The notes under the pieces were generated by a model. That model saw nothing but the letters and a program-made list of their open reading frames with translations, was not told the DNA's origin and searched no databases. Position numbers and translations under genes: made by a program. Of a DNA stretch of 64,000 nt, positions 10,439 to 23,479 are shown piece by piece. Numbering within the stretch: the first letter of the stretch is position 1; the number at the start of each line of letters is the position of its first letter. The DNA is from an uncultured Holophagales bacterium (lineage in GTDB: Bacteria > Acidobacteriota > Thermoanaerobaculia > Multivoradales > UBA5704): positions 470,191 through 534,190 of the forward strand of contig CAWJGT010000019.1 of the NCBI GenBank assembly GCA_963842525.1. Reading direction: 5' to 3'.

Positions 10439-13400
10439 GCGGCCCCGACCGCCGTCTGGCCGGCCTTTCGGCCGAGGCGCGGGCGCAGCTCTTCGAGCGA
10501 CTGCGCGCGAAGAAGTCCCAGGAGGCGGACCGCGAGCCGAAGACCCCGAGGATCGTGCCGCGCGACCGGGCGCTCGATCCGCCGCCCCTGTCCTTCGCCC
10601 AGCAGCGGCTCTGGTTCCTCGACCGGCTGCGGCCCGGCGACCCGGTCTACAACATCCCCTCGGCGCTCCGGGTCACCGGCCCGCTCGACCCCGCGGCCCT
10701 GCGCCGCGCCCTGGCGGCGGTGGTGGCGCGGCACGAGTCGCTGCGCACCACCTTCGGCCTGGCCGGGGCCGTTCCCGTGCAGGTGATCGCGCCGGCTGCG
10801 GAGGCGCGGCTGTTGCTCGCCGACCTCACCGGTCTCGCGCCTGCGGATTGCCAGATCGAGGGCGAGATTGAGCGCCTCTGCAGCGAGGAGGCCCGCCGGC
10901 CCTTCGACCTCGCGGCAGGGCCGCTGCTGCGGGTCATGCTCTTGCGGCTCTCCGCGGAGCGGCACGTCCTGCTCTTCACCCAGCACCACATCGTCAGCGA
11001 CGGTTGGTCGAGCGGCGTGCTGAGCCGCGAGGTGATGGCGCTCTACAGCGGGGCGGCGCTGCCGGAGCTGCCGGTCCAGTACGCCGACTTCGCGGTCTGG
11101 CAGCGGCAATGGCTCACGGGTGAGACCCTGGAGCGCCAGGTCGACCTCTGGCGCCGGCGGCTGACGGGCGCGCCGGCCGTGCTCGACCTTCCTACGGACC
11201 GGCCGCGCCCGGCGTTGCGGACCACGCGGGGCAGCTACTGCAAGCTGCGGCTCCCGACGGAGGCAACGGCCCGGCTCAAGGCGTGCGCCCGCGGGCTGTC
11301 GGCCACGCCCTTCACCGTCCTCCTCGCGGCCTGGCAGGCGCTGCTCCACCGCGTCACCGGCCAGGAGGACCTCTGCGTGGCCGCGCCGGTCGCCAACCGC
11401 GACCGGCGCGAGACTGCCGGCCTGATCGGGTTCTTCGTCAACACCCTGGTGCTGCGCGGCGACCTGTCGGGCGATCCGGGGTTCCGCGAGCTGGTGGCCC
11501 GGCTGCGCGAGGTGACTCTGGAGGCGTTCTTGCACCAGGACCTGCCGTTCGAGAAGCTGGTCGAGGAGCTGCGGCCGGAGCGCAATCCGGGCGTGCCGCC
11601 GCTGGCCCAGGTCTCCCTCAACCTGCTGAACACGCCGCGGGCGCAGGTGGCCGCGGGACCCCTGCAGCTCGACCCGATGCCGACCACGACCGGCACGGCC
11701 AAGTACGACCTGACGCTCACGCTGGACGAATTCGAGGAGGAGGTCTACGGCTGGCTCTTCTACAGCGCCGACCTGTTCGATGCGCCGACGGCGGCCCGGC
11801 TGGCGTCCTCTTTCGAGATGCTGGTCGCTGCCGCGGAGCCCGGGAGGCGCCTCTCCGAGCTGCCCCTCCTCTCGGCGGCGGAGCACGCTCAGATCGAGCG
11901 CGAGTGGAACGACACACGCGATCCGGCAACGCTGCTGCCGTTCCACCAGGTCTTCGCGCAGCAGGCGCAGCGCACGCCGGACGCCGTGGCGGTCGAATCG
12001 CGGGAGCAGTCCTGGACCTACCGCGAGCTGGATGCTCTGGCAGACCGCCTCGCCGGGCACCTCCAGGGTCTGGGCGCAGGCCCCGACGTCATTGTGGCGA
12101 TCCAGGCCGACCGCTCTCTCCTTTTGGTCCTTGCTGTCCTTGCTGTCCTCAAAGCCGGCGGCGCCTACCTCCCGCTCGATCCCGCCTACCCGCGCGAGCG
12201 CCGCTCCTGGATGCTGGAGGACGCCCGGGCGGCGGTGCTGCTGTGCGAAGGGCCTTGCGACCTGCCGTTCGCCGGCCCCGTGGTCCGGCTGGGGGAAGGC
12301 CCTGGGAGCGCCGGCGTCCCGCCGGCTCTTCACGAGGCTATGGTGCCCGGCGCAGCTCCGGGCCGGCGGGACGCCGGCGCTCCCAGGATTCCCTCGCTGG
12401 ACAGCCTGGCCTATGTGATCTACACCTCGGGCTCGACGGGGGCGCCCAAGGGAGTCCTGGTGCCCCACCGGGGCCTCGCGAACCTGGCGGCGCGGATCGG
12501 CGTCTTCGGGCCCGCCGGCCCAGGCAGCCGCATCCTCCTCTTCGCGTCGCCGGGCTTCGACGCCTCGCTGCTCGACCTGGTGCTGGCCCTGGGGACCGGG
12601 GCGATGCTCTGTCTCGCTCCGGCTCGCGAGCTGCCGCGGCTCGGCCACCTCCTCTACGAGCGCGACATCACGCACCTGCACCTGCCCCCCTCGGCCCTGG
12701 CCGCCCTCGTCGAGGGCCCGCTGCCGTCGCGGCTCCGCTGCCTGATCCTCGGCGGCGAGCCGCCTCCCGAGGGCACGGCCGACCGCTGGGGAACGGGGCG
12801 CCGGCTCTTCAACGACTACGGGCCTACCGAGGCGACCGTCTTCGTCACGGTCGACGAGCTGCGGCAGGGGCGCCTCACCACCGGGCGGCCGATCGGCAAT
12901 GTCGAGGTCCACGTCCTGGACCGCCGGCTGCGGCCGGTGCCGGTGGGCGTGCCGGGAGAGGTCTGCCTCGGCGGCGACGGGGTCGCCCGCGGCTACCTGG
13001 GGAACCCGGCGGCGACGGCAGAGCGCTTCGTGCCCCACCATTCCGGTGCGCGGCTCTACCGCACGGGCGACCTCGGCCGCTGGCTGCCGGACGGCTCGCT
13101 CGTTGTCCTCGGCCGGATCGACGGCCAGGTCAAGGTGCGCGGTTTCCGGGTCGAGCCGGAGGAGGTCGAAGCGGCCCTGCGGCGCCATCCCGCGGTGCAG
13201 GAGGCGGCTGTCGTCGTCCGCGAAGGCAGCCTCGTTGCTTTCGTCGTCACGCCGGAGGCACCCGAGGGGCTGCGCGGCTGGCTGCGGGAGATGCTGCCGG
13301 CCCACATGGTGCCGGCGTCGGTGGAGATCCTGGACCGCCTGCCGCTCAACCCGCACGGCAAGGTGGACCGCCGGGCTCTCGCCGGGCGCCCGCTCGCCCG

Positions 13401-13773
13401 GGCCGAGGCCTCCGTCGCTCCTCGCAGCGAGCTGGAGGCCACGCTGGCCTCGCTGTGGGCCGAGGTGCTGGGCCTGCCACGGGTGGGCGTCGAGGAGAGC
13501 TTCTTCGACCTCGGCGGCCACTCCCTGCTGCTCGCCCGCCTCCAGACGCGCCTCGCCGAGCGGCTCGCCCGCGAGGTCCCCCTGCTCGTGCTCTTCGAGC
13601 ACACGACCGTCGGTGCCCTGGCCGCCTGGTTGGAGGCGCAGGGCTCACCAGCGACAACAGCCGCACCAGCGGGGGAGGGCCGCGACCGCGCACGGCGGCA
13701 GCGTGAGTCGCTCGCGGCGCAGCGGCAGCGCCTTGCCCGCCGAGGAGAAACGGGAGGACGATGGACGACCTGA
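10435..13773 (+). CDS. Monomodular NRPS C-A-T (substrate not assignable)
   Basis: [27 protein letters not shown] motifs. ATGA overlap with the previous gene. Code approximately DALHIGDVFK. Confidence 0.92.
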   Translation: MSGPDRRLAGLSAEARAQLFERLRAKKSQEADREPKTPRIVPRDRALDPPPLSFAQQRLWFLDRLRPGDPVYNIPSALRVTGPLDPAALRRALAAVVARHESLRTTFGLAGAVPVQVIAPAAEARLLLADLTGLAPADCQIEGEIERLCSEEARRPFDLAAGPLLRVMLLRLSAERHVLLFTQHHIVSDGWSSGVLSREVMALYSGAALPELPVQYADFAVWQRQWLTGETLERQVDLWRRRLTGAPAVLDLPTDRPRPALRTTRGSYCKLRLPTEATARLKACARGLSATPFTVLLAAWQALLHRVTGQEDLCVAAPVANRDRRETAGLIGFFVNTLVLRGDLSGDPGFRELVARLREVTLEAFLHQDLPFEKLVEELRPERNPGVPPLAQVSLNLLNTPRAQVAAGPLQLDPMPTTTGTAKYDLTLTLDEFEEEVYGWLFYSADLFDAPTAARLASSFEMLVAAAEPGRRLSELPLLSAAEHAQIEREWNDTRDPATLLPFHQVFAQQAQRTPDAVAVESREQSWTYRELDALADRLAGHLQGLGAGPDVIVAIQADRSLLLVLAVLAVLKAGGAYLPLDPAYPRERRSWMLEDARAAVLLCEGPCDLPFAGPVVRLGEGPGSAGVPPALHEAMVPGAAPGRRDAGAPRIPSLDSLAYVIYTSGSTGAPKGVLVPHRGLANLAARIGVFGPAGPGSRILLFASPGFDASLLDLVLALGTGAMLCLAPARELPRLGHLLYERDITHLHLPPSALAALVEGPLPSRLRCLILGGEPPPEGTADRWGTGRRLFNDYGPTEATVFVTVDELRQGRLTTGRPIGNVEVHVLDRRLRPVPVGVPGEVCLGGDGVARGYLGNPAATAERFVPHHSGARLYRTGDLGRWLPDGSLVVLGRIDGQVKVRGFRVEPEEVEAALRRHPAVQEAAVVVREGSLVAFVVTPEAPEGLRGWLREMLPAHMVPASVEILDRLPLNPHGKVDRRALAGRPLARAEASVAPRSELEATLASLWAEVLGLPRVGVEESFFDLGGHSLLLARLQTRLAERLAREVPLLVLFEHTTVGALAAWLEAQGSPATTAAPAGEGRDRARRQRESLAAQRQRLARRGETGGRWTT
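12301..12387. repeat. REP-like palindrome (26-bp perfect arms) inserted in-frame in an A domain
   Basis: cctgggagcgccggcgtcccgccggc ... gccggcgggacgccggcgctcccagg, 87 bp. The same left arm occurs intergenically at ~43760 and ~45724. Confidence 0.9.
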
Positions 13774-16700
13774 ACCGCCGCTTGGCTGGCCTTTCCCGGG
13801 AGAAGCGGGCGCTCCTCTTCGAGCGCCTGCGCGAGCAGAAGGTGGGCGCCGCGGAGCCCATGCCGAAAATCGCGCCGCGCGACCGGGCGCTCGATCCGCC
13901 GCCCCTGTCCTTCGCCCAGCAGCGGCTCTGGTTCCTGGACCGGCTGCGGCCCGGGGATCCGGTCTACAACCTCCCCTCGCCCTTCCTCGTCGTCGGGCCG
14001 CTGGACGTACGCGCGCTGGAGCGCGCGCTGGCGGCGCTCGTCGCGCGCCACGAGTCGCTCCGCACCACCTTCGGCGCGGCAGGGTCCGTCTCCCAACAGC
14101 CGGTCCAGGTGGTCGCGCCGGCCGTTGCAGCCCGGCAGAGCCCCCCTCTGCCGATCGTCGACCTTTCCGGCCTCGACGAGGAGGTCCGCGAGCGCGAAGC
14201 CGCCCGGCTCACCCGCGAGGAGGCGCGCCGTTCCTTCGACCTCGCCGCCGGGCCGCTGCTGCGCGCCGCGCTGCTCCGCCTGGCTCCAGGCCAGTCTCCC
14301 GACCGGCACGTCCTCCTCCTCACCCTGCACCACATCGTTGCCGACGGCTGGTCCGTCAGCGTGCTGATCCGCGAGCTGACCGCCCTCTATGCCGGCGTGG
14401 CCCTGCCGGAGCCGGCCCTCCAGTATCCGGACTTCGCCGTCTGGCAGCGGCGGTGGCTCGCCGGCGAGCTTCTCGACCGCCAGGTGGACGTCTGGCGCCG
14501 GCGGCTGGAGGGTGCGCCGGCAGTCCTCGATCTGCCGGCCGACCGGCCGCGGCCGGCGCTGCGCACCAGCCAGGGCGGGGCCTGCGCGCTGCGGCTCGGA
14601 CCGGAGACGGCGGCCCGGCTCAAGACCCTCGCCCGCGCCCTCGCGGTCACGCCGTTCACCGCCCTGCTGGCGGTCTGGCAGACGCTCCTCCACCGCTGGT
14701 CCGGGCAGGACGACCTCTGCGTCGGCGCGCCGGTGGCCAACCGCGACCGCGCCGAGACCGCCGAGCTGATCGGGTTTTTCGTCAATACCCTGGTGCTGCG
14801 CGGCGACCTGTCCGGCGATCCCACGTTCGAGGAGCTGGTGGGCCGGCTGCGGCCGGTCGCGCTGGAAGCCTTCGCGCACCAGGACCTCCCCTTCGAGAAG
14901 CTGGTCGAGGAGCTGCGGCCGGAAAGGAACCCGGGCGTGCCGCCGCTCTACCAGGTGTCCCTGAACCTCCTCAACGTGAGCACCGCGCGGCCCTCGGCGC
15001 GGACCGGCGGCCTCTGGCTGGAGTCGCTCCCGGCGGACAACGGCACCGCCAAGGTCGACCTGGCGCTCTCGTTCGAAGAGGCCGGCGACCGCTTCCTCGG
15101 TACGCTCCTCTACAGCGCAGACCTCTTCGACGCGCCATCGGCGGCGCGGCTGGCCGCCGGCTTCGCGGCGCTTGCTGGAGCGGCCACGTCGACACCGCAG
15201 AGGCGCCTCTCCGAGCTGCCCCTCCTGTCCGATGTGGAGACAGCTCAGGTCGTACGCGAGTGGAACGACACCCGGGAGGCCGGAGCAGAGGCAGCTTTGG
15301 TGCCCGAGCGGTTCCTGCGCGGGGCGGCGCTCCATCCGGAGCGGCCGGCCGTGGCGTGCGGCGACCGGAGACTCACCTATGGCGAGCTCGCCGATCGGGC
15401 CGGGGAGCTGGCGGGGCGGCTGCGCCAGCTCGGGGTCGGGCCGGAGGTGCGCGTCGCTCTCCAGGCCGAGCGTTCGGTCGAGACCGTGGTGGGGCTGCTC
15501 GCGGTGCTCCTGGCCGGCGGCGCCTATGTGCCGCTCGATCCAGCCCTGCCGACGGCCCGGCGTGCCGCGCTGATCGCGCAGTCGGGCGCGCTCCACCTCG
15601 ATGACCTGCCTGTCGACATCTCTCCGGCGGACGGGCCGCTTCCGGCCGTGCTGCCGGAGCAGGCGGCGTACGTGATCTTCACCTCGGGCTCGACCGGCGA
15701 TCCCAAGGGCGTGGTGGTGGAGCATCGCCAGCTCCGCCACTACGTGGACGCGGTCGGCCGCCGGCTGGACCTCCCGGACGGCGCCTCCTACGGTCTGATC
15801 TCGACCCTGGCGGCCGACCTCGGCCATACCGCGCTCTTCCCGGCGCTCTGCGGCGGCGGCTGCCTCGTCGTGGTGCCGCCGGAGCGGGCCCTCGATCCGG
15901 AGGCCTTCGCCGAGCTGGTCGCGGCGCAGCCGATCGATTGCCTGAAGATCGTCCCCTCCCATCTCGCGGCCCTGCTCTGCTCCATGCAGCCGGCGCGCGC
16001 GCTGCCCCGCGAGCTGCTCGTCCTCGGAGGCGAGGCTGCCTCTCCGGAGCTGATCGAGCGCGTCGCCGCACTGGCGCCGGGGCTGCGGGTCCTCAACCAC
16101 TACGGACCCACCGAGTCCACGGTGGGCGCCATCACCTCGCCTCTCTCGCCGACGTCGCCGATAGTCCTCGGCCACCCGCTGGCCAACGTCGAGGCCCATG
16201 TCCTCGACCGGCGGCTCCAGGTGGTCCCGCCGGCCGTCCCCGGCGAGCTCTGCCTGGCCGGCGATGGGGTGGCGCGCGGCTATCTCGGCCGGCCGGACCT
16301 GACGGCCGAGCGCTTCGTCCCCCATCCGTTCGCTGCCGGAGCGCGCCTGTACCGGACGGGCGACCTCGTGCGCTGGCGGCCGGACGGCGCCCTCGAATTC
16401 CTCGGCCGCGTCGACCGCCAGGTCAAGATCCGCGGCTTCCGCGTCGAGCCCGGCGAGGTCGAGGCGATCCTGGCCGGCCATCCGGAAGTGAGAGAATGCG
16501 CGGTCCTGGCGCTACCGGGCACGGGCGGCGCGACCCTGGCCGCCTACGTGGCAGGGGAGGCCGATCCGGAGCAGCTCCACGCCTGGCTCGCCGGGCGCCT
16601 GCATGACTGGATGGTCCCCTCCGCCTGGACGGCCATCCCGGCCCTGCCGCTCACCACCAACGGCAAGGTGGACCGCCAGGCCCTGGCCCGGCTGGACATT

Positions 16701-17063
16701 GCGGCAGCCAGGGCCAGGGGAGCGGACGATGCGGCCCCGCGCACCTTGACAGAGGAGGCGCTGGCGGAGATCTGGTGCGAGGTGCTCGGCCTCGAACGGG
16801 TGGGCACCAACGACAGCTTCTTCGACCTGGGAGGGCATTCCCTCCTGCTGCCGCGGGTGCAGCTCGCCGTACGTGAGAGGCTCGGCTGCGACCTTCCGTT
16901 GCTCCAGATATTCGAGCACCCCACGGTGGGGGCGCTCGCCGCCTGGCTCGGAGGCGCGGCCGAGGCGGACCTGCCGGCGCAGGGAAGCCGCGAGCGGGTG
17001 CAGCGCCAGCGCCAGGGTCTGGAGCTGCAGCGGCAACGGTTGGCTCAGAGGAGATCGGCATGA
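13761..17063 (+). CDS. Monomodular NRPS C-A(Asp)-T
   Basis: [40 protein letters not shown]. Code DLTKVGHVGK matches Asp-type codes. Confidence 0.92.
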   Translation: MDDLNRRLAGLSREKRALLFERLREQKVGAAEPMPKIAPRDRALDPPPLSFAQQRLWFLDRLRPGDPVYNLPSPFLVVGPLDVRALERALAALVARHESLRTTFGAAGSVSQQPVQVVAPAVAARQSPPLPIVDLSGLDEEVREREAARLTREEARRSFDLAAGPLLRAALLRLAPGQSPDRHVLLLTLHHIVADGWSVSVLIRELTALYAGVALPEPALQYPDFAVWQRRWLAGELLDRQVDVWRRRLEGAPAVLDLPADRPRPALRTSQGGACALRLGPETAARLKTLARALAVTPFTALLAVWQTLLHRWSGQDDLCVGAPVANRDRAETAELIGFFVNTLVLRGDLSGDPTFEELVGRLRPVALEAFAHQDLPFEKLVEELRPERNPGVPPLYQVSLNLLNVSTARPSARTGGLWLESLPADNGTAKVDLALSFEEAGDRFLGTLLYSADLFDAPSAARLAAGFAALAGAATSTPQRRLSELPLLSDVETAQVVREWNDTREAGAEAALVPERFLRGAALHPERPAVACGDRRLTYGELADRAGELAGRLRQLGVGPEVRVALQAERSVETVVGLLAVLLAGGAYVPLDPALPTARRAALIAQSGALHLDDLPVDISPADGPLPAVLPEQAAYVIFTSGSTGDPKGVVVEHRQLRHYVDAVGRRLDLPDGASYGLISTLAADLGHTALFPALCGGGCLVVVPPERALDPEAFAELVAAQPIDCLKIVPSHLAALLCSMQPARALPRELLVLGGEAASPELIERVAALAPGLRVLNHYGPTESTVGAITSPLSPTSPIVLGHPLANVEAHVLDRRLQVVPPAVPGELCLAGDGVARGYLGRPDLTAERFVPHPFAAGARLYRTGDLVRWRPDGALEFLGRVDRQVKIRGFRVEPGEVEAILAGHPEVRECAVLALPGTGGATLAAYVAGEADPEQLHAWLAGRLHDWMVPSAWTAIPALPLTTNGKVDRQALARLDIAAARARGADDAAPRTLTEEALAEIWCEVLGLERVGTNDSFFDLGGHSLLLPRVQLAVRERLGCDLPLLQIFEHPTVGALAAWLGGAAEADLPAQGSRERVQRQRQGLELQRQRLAQRRSA

Positions 17064-20000
17064 CGGACGACGTGAACGGGGGCCTCGATAGCGGCCTGGA
17101 CATCGCGGTCATCAGCATGGCCGGGCGCTTTCCCGGCGCGCCGGACCTCGAACGTTTCTGGGAGATGCTGCGCGACGGCCGCGAGGGGATCTCCTTTTAC
17201 TCCGAGGAAGAGATCCTGGCCCGCGGCGCCGACCCGGCGCGGGTGGCGATCGCCTCCTTCGTCCGCGCCGGCGCGCAGCTCCCCGACGTCGACCTCTTCG
17301 ATGCCGGCTTCTTCGGCTTCTCGCCGCGCGAGGCCGAGCAGATGGACCCGCAGCAGCGGTTCTTCCTGGAGTGCGCCTGGGAGGTGCTGGAGCGGGCCGG
17401 CTACGACCCCGAGCGCTACCCGGGCCTGATCGGCGTCTACGCGGGCAGCGGCACCAACGAATATCTGCTGTTCCACCTGCTGCGCCACCTGACCGACCTC
17501 TCCAACGTCCTGCAGCTCACGATCGGCAACGAGAAGGACTTCCTGGCCACCCGCGTCTCCTACGAGCTGGACCTGAAGGGGCCGAGCATCAACGTCCAGA
17601 CCGGCTGCTCCAGCGCCCTGGTGGCCGTCCACCTCGCCTGCCAGTCTCTCCTCGGCTACCAGTGCGACATGGCGCTCGCGGGCGGCATCTCGCTCCAGAT
17701 GCCGGACGCTCCCGGCTACCTCTTCGAGCCGGGCGGCATCCTGTCGCCGGACGGGCACTGCCGCGCCTTCTCGGCAGAGGCCCAGGGCGCGGTCGCGGCC
17801 AGCGGCGTGGGGATCGTGGTCCTGAAGCGCCTGGCCGACGCGCTCGCCGACGGCGACACGATCCATGCCGTGATCAAGGGCTCGGCCCTCAACAACGACG
17901 GCGCGTCGAAGATCGGCTATACCGCGCCGAGCATCGAGGGGCAGGCACGGGTGATCGACATGGCGCAGGCCGCGGCGGCGGTCGATCCACGCTCGATCAC
18001 CTTCGTCGAAGGGCACGGCAGCGGCACTCCGCTCGGCGACCCGATCGAGATGGCGGCGCTCACCCGCGCCTTCCGCGCCGGCACGGCGGACCGCGGCTTC
18101 TGTGCCCTGGGCTCGGTCAAGACCAACATCGGCCACTGCGACACCGCGGCCGGGGTCGCCGGCCTGATCAAGACCGTGCTCGCCCTGAAGCACCGCCAGA
18201 TCCCGCCGACGCTGCACTTCGAGCGGCCCAACCCGCAGCTCGACTTGGAAAGCAGCCCGTTCTACGTCAACGCCCGGCTGATCGACTGGCCGGCGGGCTC
18301 CACTCCGCGCCGCGCCGGGGTCAGCTCGTTCGGCATCGGCGGCACCAACGCCCACGTGATCGTCGAGGAGGCGCCCCTCCAGACGCCGGCCGATTCTTCC
18401 AGCGCGGACCGTGCCTGGGACCTCCTCGTCCTTTCGGCGCGCAGTGAGGAGGCCCTGGAACGGGCGACGGACAACCTCGCGGAGCACCTGGAGCGCCACC
18501 CCGGCGCGAGCCTGTCCGACGTGGCCTGGACCCTCCAGGCGGGGCGCCGCCGCTTCGCCTGGCGCCGTACGCTGGCCTGTCCGGGCGGTGATGTGTCCGA
18601 GGCGGCGCGTGCTCTGCGGGAGCGCGATCCGCGCCGGCTGCTCTCTGCCTCGGAGGAGGCGGTGGACCGTCCGGTCGCCTTCCTTTTCCCGGGGCTGGGC
18701 GATCACTACCCGGGCATGGCCGCCGGGCTCTATCGCGACGAGCCGGTCTTCCGCCGCGAGATCGACCGCTGCGCCGACGTCCTGGCGCCGCTCCTCGGCC
18801 TCGACCTCCGCCAGGTGCTCTTCCCCACGACGGAAGCCGAGGAGCCTGCGGGGATCGACCTGCGGGCCATGCTCGGCCGCCGCGATCCGCTCGCCGGCTC
18901 GCCCCTGGTCCGCACGGCCGTGGCCCAGCCGGCGACGTTCGCCGTCGAATACGCCCTGGCGCGCCTCTGGGAGAGCTGGGGGATCCGCCCGGCGGCGATG
19001 CTCGGCTACAGCCTGGGCGAGTACGTAGCGGCTGCCATGGCCGGCGTCTTCACACCCGAGGACGCCCTGCGGGTGGTCGCCGAGCGGGCGCGGCTCATTG
19101 AAGAGCTGCCGGCCGGCGCCATGCTCGCCGTGCCGCTGCCCGAGGCGGAGACCACGGAGCTGCTCGGCCGCCGGCTCTCGATCGCGGCTCTCAACGGCCC
19201 CGGGGTGACCGTGGTGGCCGGCCCGCCGGAGGAGGTGGAAGGGCTCGCGCGTATCCTCGAAGGCCGCGGCCTGGCCGCGCGCCCGCTGCCGACCACGCAC
19301 GCCTTCCACTCCTGGATGATGGAGCCGGTCGCCGGCGCGGTGCGCGAGCTGCTGGCGAGCGTACGGCTGCATGCGCCGTCGCTCCCCTATGTCTCGGACG
19401 TGACCGGCGGCTGGATCACCGCCGCGGAGACGACCGATCCGGAGTATTGGGTCGCGCACCTCCTGCGGCCGGTGCGCTTCGCCGCCGGGCTCGCCGAGGT
19501 CTGGCGCGAGCCGGCGACCGCCCTTCTGGAGGTCGGCCCCGGCCAGAGCCTGGGGAGTCTGGCCGTGCAACACACCGCCGATCGGAACCGGGTCGTCGTG
19601 CCATCCCTGCGCGGTTCCTGGGAGAAGCAGCCGGACGGCGCCTTCCTGCTTGCCGCGCTCGGCAAGCTCTGGCTGGCCGGCCGCCGGGTCGACTGGGCCG
19701 GCTTCCATGCGGGGGAACGCCGCCGCCGCATCCCCCTGCCCACCTACCCCTTCGAGCGCAAGAGCTACTGGGTCGGTGGCGCGCGACGCTCCGGTCCGGC
19801 GCCGGTGCCGCTGTGGGCCGTCGCGGACCAGCCTGCCCCGGCAGCCGAGCCCGCGCTGGCGGCGGCGCCGGCAGCCCGGCATACGCGCCCAACACTGCGC
19901 AACGCCTTCGTGCCTCCCGGCACCGAGCTGGAGCGCGCATTGGCGTCGCTCTGGGAGCGGCTGCTGGGGATCGAAGGGATCGGCCTGCACGACAACTTCT

Positions 20001-23000
20001 TCGAGCTCGGCGGACATTCACTTCTCGGCACCCAGCTCGTTAATTTGGCGCGCGAGGTGCTGGGCGCGGACCTGCCGCTGGAGGCGCTCTTCGCGACGCC
20101 CACCGTGGCCGGCATGGCCGCGGCCGTCGCGGCGGCTCGCACCGGCTCGGCCGGCCAGGCGCCGCAGCTCGTACCGGTCGGGCGCAGTGAGCGGAAGGGT
20201 GACCTGCCGCTCTCCTTCGCGCAGTCGCGGATGTGGTTCCTGCACCAGCTTGCCCCGGGCTCGCCGGTCTACAACATCCCCTTTGCCGTCCGGCTGGCCG
20301 GCGCGCTCGACCCGGCGGCCCTGACCGCCGCGGTGCGGGAGGTCGTGCGCCGGCACGAGGCCCTGCGCACCACCTTCCACGACGTGGGAGGCCGCCCTGC
20401 GCAGGCGATTGCGCCGCCGGAGGCTGCCGTGTCGCAGGTCGTGCCGGTGATCGACCTCGGGGCGCTCCCCGCCGGAGCGCGCGAGGCCGAGCTGCGGCGG
20501 CTCGGCGCCGAGAGCGCCGGGCTCCCCTTCGACCTGGCGCGCGGGCCGCTGCTCCGGCTCGGGCTCGTCCGCCTGGAGGGAAGGGACCACGCCCTGCTGC
20601 TCAACATGCATCACATCATCTCGGACGGCTGGTCGATGGGCGTCTTCGTCGGCGAGCTGGCGGCGCTCTACGAGGATCTGCGCTCCGGCCGGCCACCTTC
20701 CCTGCCCGCGCTGCCGATCCAGTACGCCGACTTCGCGGACTGGCAGAGCCGCTGGCTCTCCGGCGAGGTCCTGGAACGCCATCTGGCCTGGTGGCGCGGG
20801 CGGCTGGAGGGGAAGCCCGCGACGACCGAGCTGCCGTTCGACCGGCCCCGGAGCGAGGCCGGCGCCGCCCTGCGCGCCGTGGCCGGCAAGCGCCGCCTCG
20901 TCGTGCCCGCCGGGCTGACCTCGGCGCTGCGCGCCCTCGCCGAGCGCGAAGGGGTGACGCCGTACATCGTCCTCCTCGCGGCGTTCGACGCCGTGCTCGC
21001 CCGGTATGGACGGCAGGACGACATCTCGGTCGGGACGCCGACCGCCAACCGCACCCGCGCCGAGGTCGCTGGGCTGATCGGCTTCTTCGTCAACACCCTG
21101 GTGCTGCGGGTCGATCTTGCGGGCGATCCGACCTTCCGCGAGCTGGTCGGCCGCGCGGGGGAGGCGGCCCTCGGCGCCTTCGCGCACCAGGACCTCCCCT
21201 TCGAGAAGCTGGTCGAGGAGCTGCACCCCGAGCGCGCGCTGACGGTCACCCCCCTGTTCCAGGTGATGTTCTCCTACCAGAACGCGCCGCTGCCGCGGAT
21301 CGAGCTGCCGGGCCTGACCCTCTCCGGCGTCGAGTCCGACACGGCGACCGCGATGTTCGACCTCACCCTGACGACCGGGGAAATCGGGGCCGGCCCCGAC
21401 GCGGGCGGCCTGCGGCTGACCCTCGAATACGCGAGCGCGCTGTTCGAGGCCGCGACCGCGGAGCGCATGCTCGGTCACTTCGCGCACCTGCTCGCCGCGG
21501 CGGTGGCCGAGCCCGGCCGGCGCCTCTCCGCCCTCCCGCTCTGCTCCGAGGCCGAGCTCTTCCAGCTCCTGGCCGAATGGAACGACACGGAGGCGGACGC
21601 GCCGGATGTCCTCCTGGCCCACCAGCTCGTGGCCGCCCGGGCCGCGGCCGACCCGGAGGCCCTCGCCGTGGCGGGTGGCGGCGAGCGCCTGAGCTATGGA
21701 GAGCTGGATGCGCGGGCCGGCCGGCTGGCATGCCACCTGCGTGAGCTGGGGATCGGGCGGGAGGCCGCTGTCACGGTCTGTCTCGAGCGCTCTCCCGCCT
21801 TGTTGGTGGCCATGCTTGCCGTCCTGAAGACAGGCGGCGCCTACCTGCCGCTCGACCCGGCCTATCCGCCGGAGCGGCTCGCCGGCATCCTGGCCGAGGC
21901 CGCGGCGCCGCTCGTCCTCACCCGCGAAGGGCTGCGCGATCGCCTGCCTGTGGAAGTGTCCGGCGCCCGGGTGCTCGCCCTGGACTCTCTTGATCTTCCC
22001 CCCTCTCCCGGTGGATCGGGAGTGCGGATGGGAGAGGGGGGCCAGGGGGGTGACGGCCTCGCCTACGTCATCTACACCTCGGGCTCGACCGGCGTGCCCA
22101 AGGGGATCGAGGTGACGCACGGCTCGCTGCGCAACCTGATCACCTGGCACCACGGCGTCTACGGAATCCGTCCCGGCGACCGGGCGGCGCTGATCGCCGG
22201 TCCGGGGTTCGACGCCTCGGTCATGGAGATCTGGCCGCTCCTCGCGGCCGGAGCGAGCATTCACGTGCCGGACGACGAGACGCGGATCGCGCCCCGGCGG
22301 CTCCTCGACTGGCTCGTGCGCGAGCGGATCACCCTCTGTTTCCTGCCGACGCCGCTGGCCGAGCTGGTGCTGCGCGAGGAGATGCCGGCTGGCCTGGCGC
22401 TGCGGGCGCTGTTCACCGGCGGCGACAAGCTGATGCGCGGGCCGCGGCCGGGCCTGCCGTTCCCGGTCTATGACCACTACGGGCCGGCCGAATGCACGGT
22501 GGTGACCACCTGGACACCCGCCCCGCCGGACCCGGCCGCGCCCTCGATCGGAAGGCCGATCCGCAACGACCGCGTCTACCTGCTGGACCGCGACCTGGCG
22601 CCCGTCCCGCTCGGCGCGCCGGGCGAGCTGTTCTGCGGCGGCGGCGGCCTCGCCCGCGGCTACCGCCGGCGGCCCGACCTGACCGCCGAACGGTTCGTCC
22701 CCGACCCGTTCGCGCCGGGCGGGCGACTCTATCGCACGGGCGACCTCGCCCGCTTCCGGCCGGACGGCATGCTGGAGTTCCTCGGCCGCCTCGACGACCA
22801 GATCAAGGTCCGCGGCTTCCGCCTCGAGCTGGGCGAGGTGGAGGCGGCGATCACCCGCCATCCGGGCGTTGCGGCCTGCGCGGTGGTCGCCCGCCGGGAT
22901 GACCGCGGCGATGTGAGGCTGGCGGCCTACGTGGTCCCCGAAGCGGCGCTGGAAGAGCCCCCGATCCAACTAACCGGCTCCGATCTGCGCCGCGCCCTGC

Positions 23001-23479
23001 GCGCCCGCCTGCCCGAGCACATGGTGCCGGCGGTCGTTGTGCTGCTGGATGCCCTGCCGCTCACCCCGAACGGCAAGATCGACCGCCGGGCCCTGCCCGA
23101 GCCGCCCGCCGCCCAGGCCGCCGGCGCCGGCGGGCACGTCCCGCCGCGGACCGCGGTCGAGGAGGAGCTGGCCCGCATCTGGGCCGGGCTGCTGGCGCTG
23201 CCGTTCGACCGCGTGGGGGTGAACGACAACTTCTTCGACCTGGGCGGTCATTCGCTGCTGGCCACCCAGTGCGTCGCCCAGGTGCGGGAGCGCCTGGGTG
23301 CGGAGATCCAGCTCCAGAGCCTGTTCGGCAATGCGACTCTTGGTGAAATCGCCGACGCCATCGTCGAGGCCGAGCTGCGGCAGGTGGACCAGGACTCGCT
23401 GCGCGAGATACTCGCCGACTTCCAGGGGCTGGACGAGGAGGCGCTGCAGGCCCTGCTGGCGGGAGAGGAGCCGCGTTGA
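17060..23479 (+). CDS. Hybrid PKS-NRPS KS-AT-ACP-C-A-T
   Basis: KS triad QTGCSS / EGHGSGT / NIGHCD. AT GYSLGE and HAFHS (malonyl type). [20 protein letters not shown] code about DAMFFGHVVK (Leu-like). No KR/DH/ER. Confidence 0.95.
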   Translation: MTDDVNGGLDSGLDIAVISMAGRFPGAPDLERFWEMLRDGREGISFYSEEEILARGADPARVAIASFVRAGAQLPDVDLFDAGFFGFSPREAEQMDPQQRFFLECAWEVLERAGYDPERYPGLIGVYAGSGTNEYLLFHLLRHLTDLSNVLQLTIGNEKDFLATRVSYELDLKGPSINVQTGCSSALVAVHLACQSLLGYQCDMALAGGISLQMPDAPGYLFEPGGILSPDGHCRAFSAEAQGAVAASGVGIVVLKRLADALADGDTIHAVIKGSALNNDGASKIGYTAPSIEGQARVIDMAQAAAAVDPRSITFVEGHGSGTPLGDPIEMAALTRAFRAGTADRGFCALGSVKTNIGHCDTAAGVAGLIKTVLALKHRQIPPTLHFERPNPQLDLESSPFYVNARLIDWPAGSTPRRAGVSSFGIGGTNAHVIVEEAPLQTPADSSSADRAWDLLVLSARSEEALERATDNLAEHLERHPGASLSDVAWTLQAGRRRFAWRRTLACPGGDVSEAARALRERDPRRLLSASEEAVDRPVAFLFPGLGDHYPGMAAGLYRDEPVFRREIDRCADVLAPLLGLDLRQVLFPTTEAEEPAGIDLRAMLGRRDPLAGSPLVRTAVAQPATFAVEYALARLWESWGIRPAAMLGYSLGEYVAAAMAGVFTPEDALRVVAERARLIEELPAGAMLAVPLPEAETTELLGRRLSIAALNGPGVTVVAGPPEEVEGLARILEGRGLAARPLPTTHAFHSWMMEPVAGAVRELLASVRLHAPSLPYVSDVTGGWITAAETTDPEYWVAHLLRPVRFAAGLAEVWREPATALLEVGPGQSLGSLAVQHTADRNRVVVPSLRGSWEKQPDGAFLLAALGKLWLAGRRVDWAGFHAGERRRRIPLPTYPFERKSYWVGGARRSGPAPVPLWAVADQPAPAAEPALAAAPAARHTRPTLRNAFVPPGTELERALASLWERLLGIEGIGLHDNFFELGGHSLLGTQLVNLAREVLGADLPLEALFATPTVAGMAAAVAAARTGSAGQAPQLVPVGRSERKGDLPLSFAQSRMWFLHQLAPGSPVYNIPFAVRLAGALDPAALTAAVREVVRRHEALRTTFHDVGGRPAQAIAPPEAAVSQVVPVIDLGALPAGAREAELRRLGAESAGLPFDLARGPLLRLGLVRLEGRDHALLLNMHHIISDGWSMGVFVGELAALYEDLRSGRPPSLPALPIQYADFADWQSRWLSGEVLERHLAWWRGRLEGKPATTELPFDRPRSEAGAALRAVAGKRRLVVPAGLTSALRALAEREGVTPYIVLLAAFDAVLARYGRQDDISVGTPTANRTRAEVAGLIGFFVNTLVLRVDLAGDPTFRELVGRAGEAALGAFAHQDLPFEKLVEELHPERALTVTPLFQVMFSYQNAPLPRIELPGLTLSGVESDTATAMFDLTLTTGEIGAGPDAGGLRLTLEYASALFEAATAERMLGHFAHLLAAAVAEPGRRLSALPLCSEAELFQLLAEWNDTEADAPDVLLAHQLVAARAAADPEALAVAGGGERLSYGELDARAGRLACHLRELGIGREAAVTVCLERSPALLVAMLAVLKTGGAYLPLDPAYPPERLAGILAEAAAPLVLTREGLRDRLPVEVSGARVLALDSLDLPPSPGGSGVRMGEGGQGGDGLAYVIYTSGSTGVPKGIEVTHGSLRNLITWHHGVYGIRPGDRAALIAGPGFDASVMEIWPLLAAGASIHVPDDETRIAPRRLLDWLVRERITLCFLPTPLAELVLREEMPAGLALRALFTGGDKLMRGPRPGLPFPVYDHYGPAECTVVTTWTPAPPDPAAPSIGRPIRNDRVYLLDRDLAPVPLGAPGELFCGGGGLARGYRRRPDLTAERFVPDPFAPGGRLYRTGDLARFRPDGMLEFLGRLDDQIKVRGFRLELGEVEAAITRHPGVAACAVVARRDDRGDVRLAAYVVPEAALEEPPIQLTGSDLRRALRARLPEHMVPAVVVLLDALPLTPNGKIDRRALPEPPAAQAAGAGGHVPPRTAVEEELARIWAGLLALPFDRVGVNDNFFDLGGHSLLATQCVAQVRERLGAEIQLQSLFGNATLGEIADAIVEAELRQVDQDSLREILADFQGLDEEALQALLAGEEPR
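21998..22053. repeat. Half copy of the CCCTCTCCC..GGGAGAGGG palindromic element, in-frame
   Basis: ccccctctccc...gggagtgcggatgggagaggggggccaggggggtga just before LAYVIYTSG. Confidence 0.85.
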
